Assembly (NCBI GenBank): GCA_028681135.1 | Contig: JAQUJC010000002.1 | Coordinates: 21,892 to 85,891, forward strand | Length of the DNA stretch: 64,000 bases | Direction: 5' to 3' | Origin: Kiritimatiellia bacterium | GTDB lineage: Bacteria; Verrucomicrobiota; Kiritimatiellia; CAIQIC01; Lenti-01 | In this document: one piece after another, positions 9,066-17,650 of the stretch | Layout of the letters: each line of letters opens with the position of its first letter | How positions within the stretch are numbered: the stretch's first letter is position 1 | Notes under the pieces: generated by a model | Told to the model about the DNA's origin: nothing | Databases searched by the model: none | Seen by the model: the letters and a program-made list of their open reading frames with translations, nothing else | Program-made: the position numbers and the translations under genes

Positions 9066-10013
9066 ATGAAACCACCTGCCATGATACGGCGATACCTGAT
9101 GCCCGTGGTGCTGGTGAGCTTGCTGGCTGCCGGCTGTTCTTCTACTCCGCGCTATAACCGACGGATTTACGACCGCTATGCTCAAATGGTGGCGGAGCGA
9201 AGCCGTGCCAAGCCGACGCCGACGACGGACACAGCATCCGCCCCTGCGGTCAAGGCGGCCGACACATCGGATTCCAGCCGAGCTCCGGTAGCCCGCGCCA
9301 ACCCGGAGACCGTCAAGCCGACACCCGAAACCCAAGCGGCCCCACGTGCTACACCCGTGGCCACGGCTAAGCCGGCTGCATCGGCTCCACCGGCGACGGA
9401 GCCGCTGTCGGCCCCACCAGCGCCGGTGCAGGTTCTGGCGCCGCCACCGGTCGCCGCCCCCCCGCCCGCCCCCGAGCCAACGGCCGATTTGGACGTTGAG
9501 GAAGCTTCCCCAGCAAGCGCTGCAAATGATGGCGTGGCCTATATGCTCAAGCAGGGGGATGTGGTGCAAGTGTCGTTACGGGGCATTCCTAACGCCGAGG
9601 CGATAGAAATAGTCATTGATGAGAATGGCATGATTACCTTGCCGTTCATCAATGAGGTGCCTGCTGCCGGCCAGACGTCATCGGAATTGGCCCGGAATAT
9701 CCGTCAGGTTTATTTGGATGAAGGCATTTATCGCAATATTTCGGTGAGTATTGCTGTGCCGACGCGGTTTTATTTTGTGCAAGGCGAGATTCGGCAGCCG
9801 GGCCGCTTTCAGCTTATTTCGGCCATCCGCGTTTCCCAGGCGCTTGCCGGGGCGGGGGGGTACACCGAGTTTGCGAGTGGCAAGGTGCTGATCAAGCGCG
9901 GGGGCAAGATTGTAAAGACCATTCGGAACGCGCGGCGTTTAGAACGCTCGCCAGAAGATGATATTTGGGTGGAGCCCGATGACATCATTGAGGTGCAGCG
10001 AAGCTTTTGGTAG
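9066..10013 (+). CDS. polysaccharide export lipoprotein (Wza/Poly_export + SLBB-like) with long Pro/Ala-rich spacer
   Basis: Lipobox LLAAGCSS. About 110 aa of P/A/T-rich low complexity follows. Then YMLKQGDVVQVSL...GEIRQPGRF, typical of export proteins. Confidence 0.7.
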   Translation: MKPPAMIRRYLMPVVLVSLLAAGCSSTPRYNRRIYDRYAQMVAERSRAKPTPTTDTASAPAVKAADTSDSSRAPVARANPETVKPTPETQAAPRATPVATAKPAASAPPATEPLSAPPAPVQVLAPPPVAAPPPAPEPTADLDVEEASPASAANDGVAYMLKQGDVVQVSLRGIPNAEAIEIVIDENGMITLPFINEVPAAGQTSSELARNIRQVYLDEGIYRNISVSIAVPTRFYFVQGEIRQPGRFQLISAIRVSQALAGAGGYTEFASGKVLIKRGGKIVKTIRNARRLERSPEDDIWVEPDDIIEVQRSFW

Positions 10014-10034
10014 GCCGGTTTGCAGGCCGCAGCT

Positions 10035-11975
10035 ATGAGCGATCCTTTGGAGCGGGGAGGTGGGCAGCGCCGGGTCGGCTGGGGGGAACGGGGGTATGAC
10101 TGTTGTTGCCTGTTGCTGTTGATGTGGCCCGCCACAGGGGGCATGTGGCTGATGGGGTCCACGCGCGTGTGGGGCTACGCGCCGGGTCTGTTGCTCTCTT
10201 TTCTAGGGGCAAGCCTGGTTTTGATGCGTCCTGTGGTTTTCCCCCATACCCCGCGTTGGTTTGTGCCGCCGGGATTCACGGGCTGGGGCCTGATGACGGC
10301 CTACGCCGTCGCGGGGGTGATCTGGGCGAGCGTGCCCCATGCGGCACGGGCTGAGGCTTTGCGTTGGATGTGCCTGCTGGCGGCGGGTTTTGCCTGGACA
10401 CAACTGGGCATTCGCGGACATCGCTGGAAGTGGGTGCTGGGGGTGCTGTTGGCGGCGGTGACCCTCACGGGCTTATATGCCTGGGTGCAGCATATGGACC
10501 AGTCTCGCCAAGTGTTGTGGATGCTGCGACCCGATCAGTACGGGTTACGGGCCAGCGGCACCTATTTATGTCCCAATCATCTGGCGAATATGATTGCCAT
10601 GCTCGTTCCGGTGGCGCTCGTTGTGCTGGTGTTGCCGGCCGCCGGATTCCCCTTGCGGATTTTAGCCGGCTATTTTCTGTTGGTGACAACACCGGTACTG
10701 TATTGGACGCACTCGCGGAGTGGGTGGTTGGGTATGGCGGGGGGGGTGGGAGCGATGCTGCTATTGCTGGCGTGGCGAAAGAGCCGTGCGGGGCTGCTGG
10801 TGATCGTGGTGGCGCTGCCATTGCTGGGGGCCGTGGGCGGGTGGATCGCCTGGAAAACTCTGCCCGCCGTTCAGGAGCGGATTGCCCCAGTCATCGAGAA
10901 TCCGGAGAAGGCCAGCGGCATTCGGATGAAGATGTGGAGCGATGCCCCGGCCATGTTCCGCGATCATCCTGTGTTGGGCCATGGCGGCGGCTCCTTCGTG
11001 TGGGCCTATCCCCCGTATCAGCGGCATGTCACTCAGCATCTGCGCTATGATTTTATCCATAACGATTACCTGCAACTGGCAATCGAATATGGGGGCGTTG
11101 GCCTGCTGTTGGCGGGGCTGGCGCTGGTGGCGAGCCTGTGGGGGATGGGTCGCGGGGTGCTGGGGGCGCGGACCGATGAAGCGGCCTACCTGTTGGCCGG
11201 GGCGGGGGGGGGCGTGGTGGGCAGTCTGCTGCACGCTCTGTTCGATTTTAATTTCCATATCTTTCCCAACCCGCACGCACTGGTGTGGATTGGCGGGATG
11301 GCCTGGGGAGTCTGGGCTGCCATGGAAAGAAAGTCGGAGCCGGTGACGCCCCGGGGGCAGCTCGTGCGGCGGGTACTGGGGGGCTTGGGGGCGGCGGGGT
11401 GCATGGTGGGGGCCTGGCTGGCTCTGTCCACTGGAATGGCCTATTGGGCGAATCTGAAAGGCGACCTGGCCAAAAGCCGCCTGGATTGGGACCAGGTCGA
11501 GGCTCATTATCAGCGGGCCAACCGTTGGGACGCGTGGGACTGGAAACCCTATCTGGGTCTGGGGCATTTCAATGCCAGCCGCGCGCTCTGGTATCGGGAC
11601 CCGGACAGAGCGGCGGAACAGGAGGGCAAGCGGCGTCTGGCAGAAGAGGCAATCGGCTATTTCCAAGCGGCTCAGGAGCGGAATCCGCTAGAGATGGCCG
11701 CGGAATTCGGTTTGGCGCGCGCCCATAACGCGGCGGGCCATCCGGAGGAGGCGCTGGAGCATTATCGAAATGCCGCCCGTCATCAGAGGCGCCATGTTTT
11801 TTATCGCGAGCAATTGGGCATACAGTTGCGTCGTCTGGGGCAGGATGATGAGGCCATGGAGGTGTTTCGCCAGAACGTTGCCGATGGGGTTGCCACGGAT
11901 GTCAGTCGGATGAATATCCGGGCATTGGAACGTAAAGCGGCACGCGCGGCTGCCCTGAAGGACGCCCCACCCTAG
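10035..11975 (+). CDS. O-antigen ligase/polymerase-like (Wzy_C) membrane protein with C-terminal TPR-like region
   Basis: Ten or more hydrophobic segments. The loop motif is HGGGSFVWAYPPYQ...HNDYLQLAIEYGGVG. The C-terminal ~170 aa is helical and repeat-like. ATG 10035 is preferred over TTG 10020. Confidence 0.7.
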   Translation: MSDPLERGGGQRRVGWGERGYDCCCLLLLMWPATGGMWLMGSTRVWGYAPGLLLSFLGASLVLMRPVVFPHTPRWFVPPGFTGWGLMTAYAVAGVIWASVPHAARAEALRWMCLLAAGFAWTQLGIRGHRWKWVLGVLLAAVTLTGLYAWVQHMDQSRQVLWMLRPDQYGLRASGTYLCPNHLANMIAMLVPVALVVLVLPAAGFPLRILAGYFLLVTTPVLYWTHSRSGWLGMAGGVGAMLLLLAWRKSRAGLLVIVVALPLLGAVGGWIAWKTLPAVQERIAPVIENPEKASGIRMKMWSDAPAMFRDHPVLGHGGGSFVWAYPPYQRHVTQHLRYDFIHNDYLQLAIEYGGVGLLLAGLALVASLWGMGRGVLGARTDEAAYLLAGAGGGVVGSLLHALFDFNFHIFPNPHALVWIGGMAWGVWAAMERKSEPVTPRGQLVRRVLGGLGAAGCMVGAWLALSTGMAYWANLKGDLAKSRLDWDQVEAHYQRANRWDAWDWKPYLGLGHFNASRALWYRDPDRAAEQEGKRRLAEEAIGYFQAAQERNPLEMAAEFGLARAHNAAGHPEEALEHYRNAARHQRRHVFYREQLGIQLRRLGQDDEAMEVFRQNVADGVATDVSRMNIRALERKAARAAALKDAPP

Positions 11976-11997
11976 GCGGGGTGAGTCAGGGGCGCCG

Positions 11998-12912
11998 TCA
12001 TGATTTCCAGCGCGGACACACGCGCAGGAAAGGGCAGGTGGGGCAGGGCTCGGGGTTGTCCGTGCAGTCGAAGGTCGAGCCATCGCCCGCCCGATTTTCT
12101 TCGGGAACGTCCAGGGGAAACAGCATTTCATCGGCGGAATCACGGATGAAGTCCCGCAGGGTTTCCACGTCATCGGCGCTGAACTTAAAGGATTCCTGCT
12201 GGCCGGTGAGCGGATTGAACGCCACCGATTCAATGTCAGCGGGATCGGCGGTCCAGCGATCCAGGGCCAGCAGAGCGTAGATGCCGAGTTGGAGGCGGTG
12301 GTCGGTCAACGGCGCGACGCCGGTTTTCCAGTCGTAGATCACCACGCCGCCGTCGCGGCGGATGACGAGATCGGGCATAGCATGGACCTTGAGTCCATCG
12401 AGTATGAAATGCGCCCGGGGTTCCACGGCCAGCATGGCATCGGCGGGGAGGGCCTGCAACTGTTGCCAAAGATCAGAGGCCAGGAACCCGCGGATGGCGG
12501 TGGATACGCGCTCGACCGTGGCCTTCCACTCCTCCGGCGGCACCTCGATTTGATATTCATGCTCGAAGAGGGCGGGGGTGCGGACGGGATTCTGGCGGTA
12601 GGCCCCCGCGCGGGAATCACGGAACTCGCGCCGCATCAGTTCAATTTGACGCGGCTCGATCGCAGCCGCGCGCGCCGCATCCCGGCGGGCCTGTTTGATC
12701 AGTGTTTCGAGGGCGCGGTGGGCATGAAGGCCCGCCCATTGCTGGCGGGTGCTCAGGCGCTTGAGCATATAGAGCTCGCGGGTGGGGGCCGGTGCCGAGT
12801 CCTCCCAGCCGCGCCAAGCGCCGTAATACGCAAAGAAGTAGCGCTTGAGGCAGGTTTGAAAGGTGTGATGGCGCGAGAACGACCAGCTAAAGTCATGGAT
12901 CAGCATGCTCAT
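11998..12912 (-). CDS. PD-(D/E)XK nuclease, Cas4/AddB-like with C-terminal Cys cluster
   Basis: N-terminal Cys in TFQTCLKRYFF, core D...IYDWKTG, C-terminal CTDNPEPCPTCPFLRVCP. This Cys pattern resembles 4Fe-4S RecB-family nucleases. Confidence 0.65.
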   Translation of the reverse strand: MSMLIHDFSWSFSRHHTFQTCLKRYFFAYYGAWRGWEDSAPAPTRELYMLKRLSTRQQWAGLHAHRALETLIKQARRDAARAAAIEPRQIELMRREFRDSRAGAYRQNPVRTPALFEHEYQIEVPPEEWKATVERVSTAIRGFLASDLWQQLQALPADAMLAVEPRAHFILDGLKVHAMPDLVIRRDGGVVIYDWKTGVAPLTDHRLQLGIYALLALDRWTADPADIESVAFNPLTGQQESFKFSADDVETLRDFIRDSADEMLFPLDVPEENRAGDGSTFDCTDNPEPCPTCPFLRVCPRWKS

Positions 12913-14168
12913 GGCGGGGGCTTTCTGTGCAGGCGGCGTTCGATATCACGGCGCCAGAGTTGGGCCAGGCCGCCGGTGGACGTCTCCCGGTAGGCGGCCT
13001 GCATGTCGCGTCCGGTCTGGTCCATGACTTCAATGACATCATCAAAGCTGACCCGATGGCGGCCATCGGTCAGCACCGTGAAGGTGGCGCATTCAATTGC
13101 CCGCAATGCGGCGTTCATATTGCGTTCGATACATGGAATCTGCACATAGCCTTCGATGGGGTCGCAGGTCAGGCCGAGGTTATGTTCCATCGCCATTTCG
13201 GCGGCATATTCGATTTGGCTGAGCGAGGCACCAGTAAGCTGGGCCGCGGCGGCGGCAGCCATGGAACAGGCCGACCCGATCTCGGCTTGGCAGCCGGCTT
13301 CCGCCCCTGAAACCGTGGCATTGGCGCGGATGGAGGCCCCGAAGAGGCCGGCTGTGGCCAGCGCGTGAAGGATGTCGGGCAGGGGGCGCCGCCGGACGGT
13401 TCTAAAGAAATAGAGGACGGCCGGGAGGACACCGGCAGCACCGCACGAAGGGGCCGTCACCACCGTCATCCCCGCCGCATTTTCCTCGGCCACGGCCAGG
13501 GCGAAAGCGGCGATCAAGCCCATATCGCGCGGGGTGCCCTGCAAGTCGCGGGCTCGCCGCCAGGTGGTGCTCGCGCGTCGCGCCAATTCCAACCGGCCGG
13601 GCAGGATAATCTGTTTGCTGTGCAGCCCGCGCTTGACCGTGTCGCGCATGGTGTTCCAGAGGGTTCCCAGGCGCGGCCACACGTCTGTTTCTGTCTGCTC
13701 CACCAACTGCCAAAACGTCAGGTCGTTGGCGCGGCAATGGTCCAAAGCGTCTTCGATATTGCCCACCGGATACGTGACGGGATGGGGCGTGAAGGCGACG
13801 GGGCGTCCATCGGTCTCCATCAGCGTGCCGCCGCCGATACTGCACACCGTCCAATCTTGCAGGGGGTGCCCCTCGTCGTCGAAGGCTTCAAAACGGAGCG
13901 TATTGGGGTGAGGAAGCGGCGTCGCCGTGAGATCAAAGACCACGTCGGTGGGGACGGGGTTCAAGGTGCGCAGCAGTGTCCGATCGGTCCAGTGTCCGCG
14001 GCCCGTCGCTGCCAGACTGCCATAAAGGGTGACGCGCACCCGCGCTGGCGAGACCGGAAGCGAACGCAGGAAAAGGCGCGCTGCCCGCTGGGGCCCGATG
14101 CTATGGGTGCTGGAGGGGCCTGCCCCGACGGCAAAGACATCGAAAATAGATTGCAGGGCAGTGCTCAT
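12909..14168 (-). CDS. sdaA: L-serine ammonia-lyase (iron-sulfur dependent, single chain)
   Basis: N-terminus MSTALQSIFDVFAVGAGPSSTHSIGP, plus SIGGGT and APSCGAAGVLPAVLYF. The ATG at 14168 forms an ATGA overlap with the upstream gene. Confidence 0.85.
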   Translation of the reverse strand: MSTALQSIFDVFAVGAGPSSTHSIGPQRAARLFLRSLPVSPARVRVTLYGSLAATGRGHWTDRTLLRTLNPVPTDVVFDLTATPLPHPNTLRFEAFDDEGHPLQDWTVCSIGGGTLMETDGRPVAFTPHPVTYPVGNIEDALDHCRANDLTFWQLVEQTETDVWPRLGTLWNTMRDTVKRGLHSKQIILPGRLELARRASTTWRRARDLQGTPRDMGLIAAFALAVAEENAAGMTVVTAPSCGAAGVLPAVLYFFRTVRRRPLPDILHALATAGLFGASIRANATVSGAEAGCQAEIGSACSMAAAAAAQLTGASLSQIEYAAEMAMEHNLGLTCDPIEGYVQIPCIERNMNAALRAIECATFTVLTDGRHRVSFDDVIEVMDQTGRDMQAAYRETSTGGLAQLWRRDIERRLHRKPPP

Positions 14169-14614
14169 ACAGCCGGTGGGAGGGGCGAGGGGCGCAGGGC
14201 ATCCCGCCAGATGGCCAACGTCAACCAGATCAAAGAGGCATTGCGCAAGAGGTTCCAGCCATCGGACACGGCGGCATCGGCACGAGTGGTAAAGCAACCG
14301 CAGGAGGCTTCGATGCCCCGAAGCAGATTCAGCGAGATGGCCCCGGTGAAGACGATCAGCATGCCCAGCAGGAGCAGCGCGGCTGCGGCCCGGACGCGGC
14401 GCGGCCCGGCCAGAACCGCCAGCCCGCAGGTCAGTTCAATCCACGGCAGGACAATCGCCACTCCATTGACTGCAAAGCCCGGCAGCAGCCGGTAGCGGTG
14501 GACTGCCAGCGCAAAGGATTCGGGATCACTTATCTTGGCCAGGCAGGCACCGAGAAAGACCCCTGCAACCGCCAGGCGTGCCAGCCAGATGAACGGGAGG
14601 CGGGGCGGCGTCAT
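14165..14614 (-). CDS. MauE/DoxX-family membrane protein
   Basis: Four hydrophobic helices. KISDPESFALAVHRYRLLP is typical of MauE-like proteins. There is a CGC motif near the C-terminus. Confidence 0.6.
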   Translation of the reverse strand: MTPPRLPFIWLARLAVAGVFLGACLAKISDPESFALAVHRYRLLPGFAVNGVAIVLPWIELTCGLAVLAGPRRVRAAAALLLLGMLIVFTGAISLNLLRGIEASCGCFTTRADAAVSDGWNLLRNASLIWLTLAIWRDALRPSPLPPAV

Positions 14615-15135
14615 GATTCGCTCCCCGTGTGGATGGCCCCGCCATACGCCACCCATTCCGCGATCCCCCCCGGGTAGAGCGTCACATCCTCGAATCCAAA
14701 CTCGCGCAGCTTTTTGGCTAGTTCCAAGGCGTCATCGCACTCGCTTCCCCCGCAATAGACCAGAATAGGTGTTTCCGGCGTCAACTGGCTGACATAATCA
14801 ACAAGACGTTGTTCGACGTCGGCCACTGGCAGCGACCACGCGCGGGGGAGATGGCCCGCGGCGAATTCATCGGGCACGCGGGCATCGATAATGGCGGTGG
14901 CCGGATCGCCGACACGGGTTTGCGCGCCGTTCAGGAACGTGACGGGAATACCGGCGCGGAAGGCCAGGGTTTCGATGTGCCGGTCCCAGTCACTAACCCA
15001 CGGCAGACGTGTCGCCTGGGGACGTACGAAGTTGGCCACGGTGCCCAGCAGAACGGCCATGGCCAGCAAGACCATGGCATCGGATATCCGCAGCAGGACC
15101 CCGCGTGGCATGGACCTGGCGGCCCGGGGGGTCAT
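14611..15135 (-). CDS. membrane-anchored rhodanese-domain sulfurtransferase
   Basis: N-terminal TM segment, IIDARVPDEFAAGHLPRAWSLP, and an active-site loop region VYCGGSECDDA. Confidence 0.75.
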   Translation of the reverse strand: MTPRAARSMPRGVLLRISDAMVLLAMAVLLGTVANFVRPQATRLPWVSDWDRHIETLAFRAGIPVTFLNGAQTRVGDPATAIIDARVPDEFAAGHLPRAWSLPVADVEQRLVDYVSQLTPETPILVYCGGSECDDALELAKKLREFGFEDVTLYPGGIAEWVAYGGAIHTGSES

Positions 15136-15905
15136 GGGGCCGCGGGGGGGGAGGGGGGGGCTTGCAGGTAGGCGGCTACCGGGATGGTGATCTCGCGTCC
15201 GTCACCCTGGTCGGTTTTCACAACGACGTGACCATTCAGCGTGCCGTTCGGGAGGGTGTCATCCAGCGTCAATTCAAACCGGTGGCGGGTTCCGTCGTCA
15301 CCCGGTTCTGGGTCCAGGCGCGTGACAATCATGCCATCTTGGCTGGCCCCCACCTCGAGAATTTGGACGGGCCCGCGCCCGGAGAGTATCTCAAAGGGGC
15401 GCATCCGTTGGGCACCTGGCTCCACCCGGCCAAAAAAGAGAGTGGCGGGCTGGGCCCGCAGACCCTGCACAATGGTGCCTTGAATTTGTAGATTCACGTT
15501 GGGCGTTTCAGGGTCATTGCTTTGGACAAAGATGGTTTTAATTTGGCGGCCGTTGCGGCCCCGCAAGTTGAACCGCACCTGGATGGTTGTTTCGCCGCCG
15601 GGCGGGACCACGTTGTCGGTGGGTTTGACCGCCGTACACCCGCAGGATGCCCGCACATTGCGGATTTCCAGGGAAAGGGTGCCCTCGTTGCGCACGACAA
15701 AATGATGTTCGACGACTTGATCGCTTTCCCTTTCGCCAAAATCATAGACGGTTTCGGGGCACACGATTTTTGGGGCCAATGCGGCAGTCGTGTCCGCTGG
15801 CGGGGTGGACGTTATGGCGGGCGCGGGCGGACTTTGGGAAAATGCGATGAGCGGCAGGAGGAGCAGGAGCAGAACAAACGATGTAAATGCTTTCATACGC
15901 GGCAT
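15132..15905 (-). CDS. DUF1573 domain protein (secreted)
   Basis: Signal peptide. YDFGERESDQVVEHHFVVRNEGTLSLEIRNVRASCGCTAVKP is the DUF1573 signature. Confidence 0.8.
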   Translation of the reverse strand: MPRMKAFTSFVLLLLLLPLIAFSQSPPAPAITSTPPADTTAALAPKIVCPETVYDFGERESDQVVEHHFVVRNEGTLSLEIRNVRASCGCTAVKPTDNVVPPGGETTIQVRFNLRGRNGRQIKTIFVQSNDPETPNVNLQIQGTIVQGLRAQPATLFFGRVEPGAQRMRPFEILSGRGPVQILEVGASQDGMIVTRLDPEPGDDGTRHRFELTLDDTLPNGTLNGHVVVKTDQGDGREITIPVAAYLQAPPSPPAAP

Positions 15906-15968
15906 ACTAACGCAGGGGGGGCGGAGTATTCAAGTCTACACCCAGCCGTCTTGGCGGACCCGCTCCGC

Positions 15969-16751
15969 TCAGCCCAGGTTGAGCCGGTATACCGGCAGGG
16001 CGATCAGGAGCGTGGCGAGGTAGGCGACTACAAATGCGGGCAGGATATCAAAGTGAAAGAGCGCAGTGCGGAAGAACAGGGCGAACACGGAGCAGTTGAT
16101 GACGGCACTGAAGACGAGCGAGCGGGCCAGCGCACGAGCGAAACCCAGGCCCACCCGGTGGTAGGTAATAAACAGCGAGCAGATGAGCACCACGGGCAGG
16201 GAGGCTAACACTCCGCTGATGACGGTCCCGCCCCAGAGGGCCGTAGCCGCCGCCACCGTGACGAGCACTCCGCTGGCGAGGGCCCGGACCAGAAGAGTTC
16301 CAAAACCAGAGGGGGTCCCGCTGGAGGATTGCGCGTCTACCTTCACCCCGAATTTAAATCCCAGCCAGCAGATACAGAAGCAGACGCCCCAGGCCACGAT
16401 GGCGAAACCCAGCGTGGGCGCGCCATGCACGACAATGGCCGATTGGGCCGCGACCCATGCGGCTAGCGACAGACCCATGCTCCAATAAAAACCGTAGCGC
16501 GTGAGCACGACGAACAGCAGTACATAAAGCCCATTGATTCCGAACGACAATGGCGCAATGCCCGCAGCTTGGATGGCATGCTCCCGGCCACCTGTCAGGG
16601 CCACAAATAATAGCGCAATCGCCAAGGTGGAGGGGAGCCCCCCGATAAAGCCGCCCAACCGACTGCCATGGCGTTCGGCGACCGCAGTGGTGGCCGCCAC
16701 GCAGAGACCGCCAACGAAAAACCCCAGCAGCAAACGGAGGCCATCATGCAT
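15969..16751 (-). CDS. integral membrane protein, internally duplicated
   Basis: Eight hydrophobic segments. The two halves resemble each other (GGxxGGLP... motif). No function assigned. Confidence 0.5.
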   Translation of the reverse strand: MHDGLRLLLGFFVGGLCVAATTAVAERHGSRLGGFIGGLPSTLAIALLFVALTGGREHAIQAAGIAPLSFGINGLYVLLFVVLTRYGFYWSMGLSLAAWVAAQSAIVVHGAPTLGFAIVAWGVCFCICWLGFKFGVKVDAQSSSGTPSGFGTLLVRALASGVLVTVAAATALWGGTVISGVLASLPVVLICSLFITYHRVGLGFARALARSLVFSAVINCSVFALFFRTALFHFDILPAFVVAYLATLLIALPVYRLNLG

Positions 16752-16826
16752 GGCGGGGATACCTGGGGCGCGCGGATACGCGATAGGCGAGCGTGATGGA
16801 TTGCAGTGAAAAGGATGCCAGGGCGG

Positions 16827-17597
16827 CTACCATTCGATTTGCAACCCATCGTAGGCGGGGGCGATGCCGGCGGGCAGGAGGCGCTCGGCCTGGGCATGGG
16901 AAACTTCGTGGCACAGGTGGATGACGAGCGAGCGCTTGGCCCCAATGTGCCGGAGCGCGGCGGCCGACTCGTCGAGATTCATGTGGGTGGGATGCGGGCG
17001 AATGCGTAAGGCATCCAGCACCGCGAGATCGGCACTCCGGCATAATGCCAGGGTTTCTGGCGGGAGCACTTTGCAGTCGGAAATGGCCGCGAAGACCCGC
17101 CCCTCGTGCTCGATTTTCCAGCCGATCATGTCGGCGCGTCCGTGTTCGGCAGGCAGGGGCGTCAGATGGCAACCCATGAAATCGAAGGGCCCGGTGGCGG
17201 TGTGCAAGCAGATGCGCGCCAGCGAGGTGCCGGGCAGGGGTGGACGGTCGAGATAGGAAAAGATGTGCCGCAGCGTTTTCTCTGTTCCCGGTGACGCCCA
17301 GACCGGCATGGGTTCCGGCATCCGATTGGTATAGGGCCGCAGATCGTCGAAGCCAAAAATGTGGTCGGCGTGATCGTGGGTCATCAGGACGCCGTCAATG
17401 TGGCGGATATCGTGGGCCAGACATTGCGTACGCAGGTCGGGGGGGGTATCGATCAATAGGGTGACGCCGCCGGATTCCACGAGCATGGCAGTACGGTGGC
17501 GCTTGTCGCGTGGGTCGCTGGAACGGCAAACCGCGCACTCGCATCCCGGCATGGGGATGCCATATGAAGTTCCGGTTCCCAGGAATGTGACACGCAT
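16827..17597 (-). CDS. MBL-fold metallo-hydrolase (PhnP-like)
   Basis: MRVTFLGTGTSYGIP..GCECAVCRS and the THDHADHIFG metal motif. Confidence 0.75.
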   Translation of the reverse strand: MRVTFLGTGTSYGIPMPGCECAVCRSSDPRDKRHRTAMLVESGGVTLLIDTPPDLRTQCLAHDIRHIDGVLMTHDHADHIFGFDDLRPYTNRMPEPMPVWASPGTEKTLRHIFSYLDRPPLPGTSLARICLHTATGPFDFMGCHLTPLPAEHGRADMIGWKIEHEGRVFAAISDCKVLPPETLALCRSADLAVLDALRIRPHPTHMNLDESAAALRHIGAKRSLVIHLCHEVSHAQAERLLPAGIAPAYDGLQIEW

Positions 17598-17614
17598 GCA
17601 GCCCAGTATAGGCC

Positions 17615-17650
17615 TTTTCCATACTGTGGAAAACTATTTTTCCATAGCCC
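17615..17650. repeat. family-A array 4: one full copy TTTTCCATACTGTGGAAAA plus a half copy
   Basis: TTCCA starts at 17617 and 17640. The half copy encodes the last codons (MEK) and the TAG stop of the GH20 gene on the minus strand. Confidence 0.85.
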
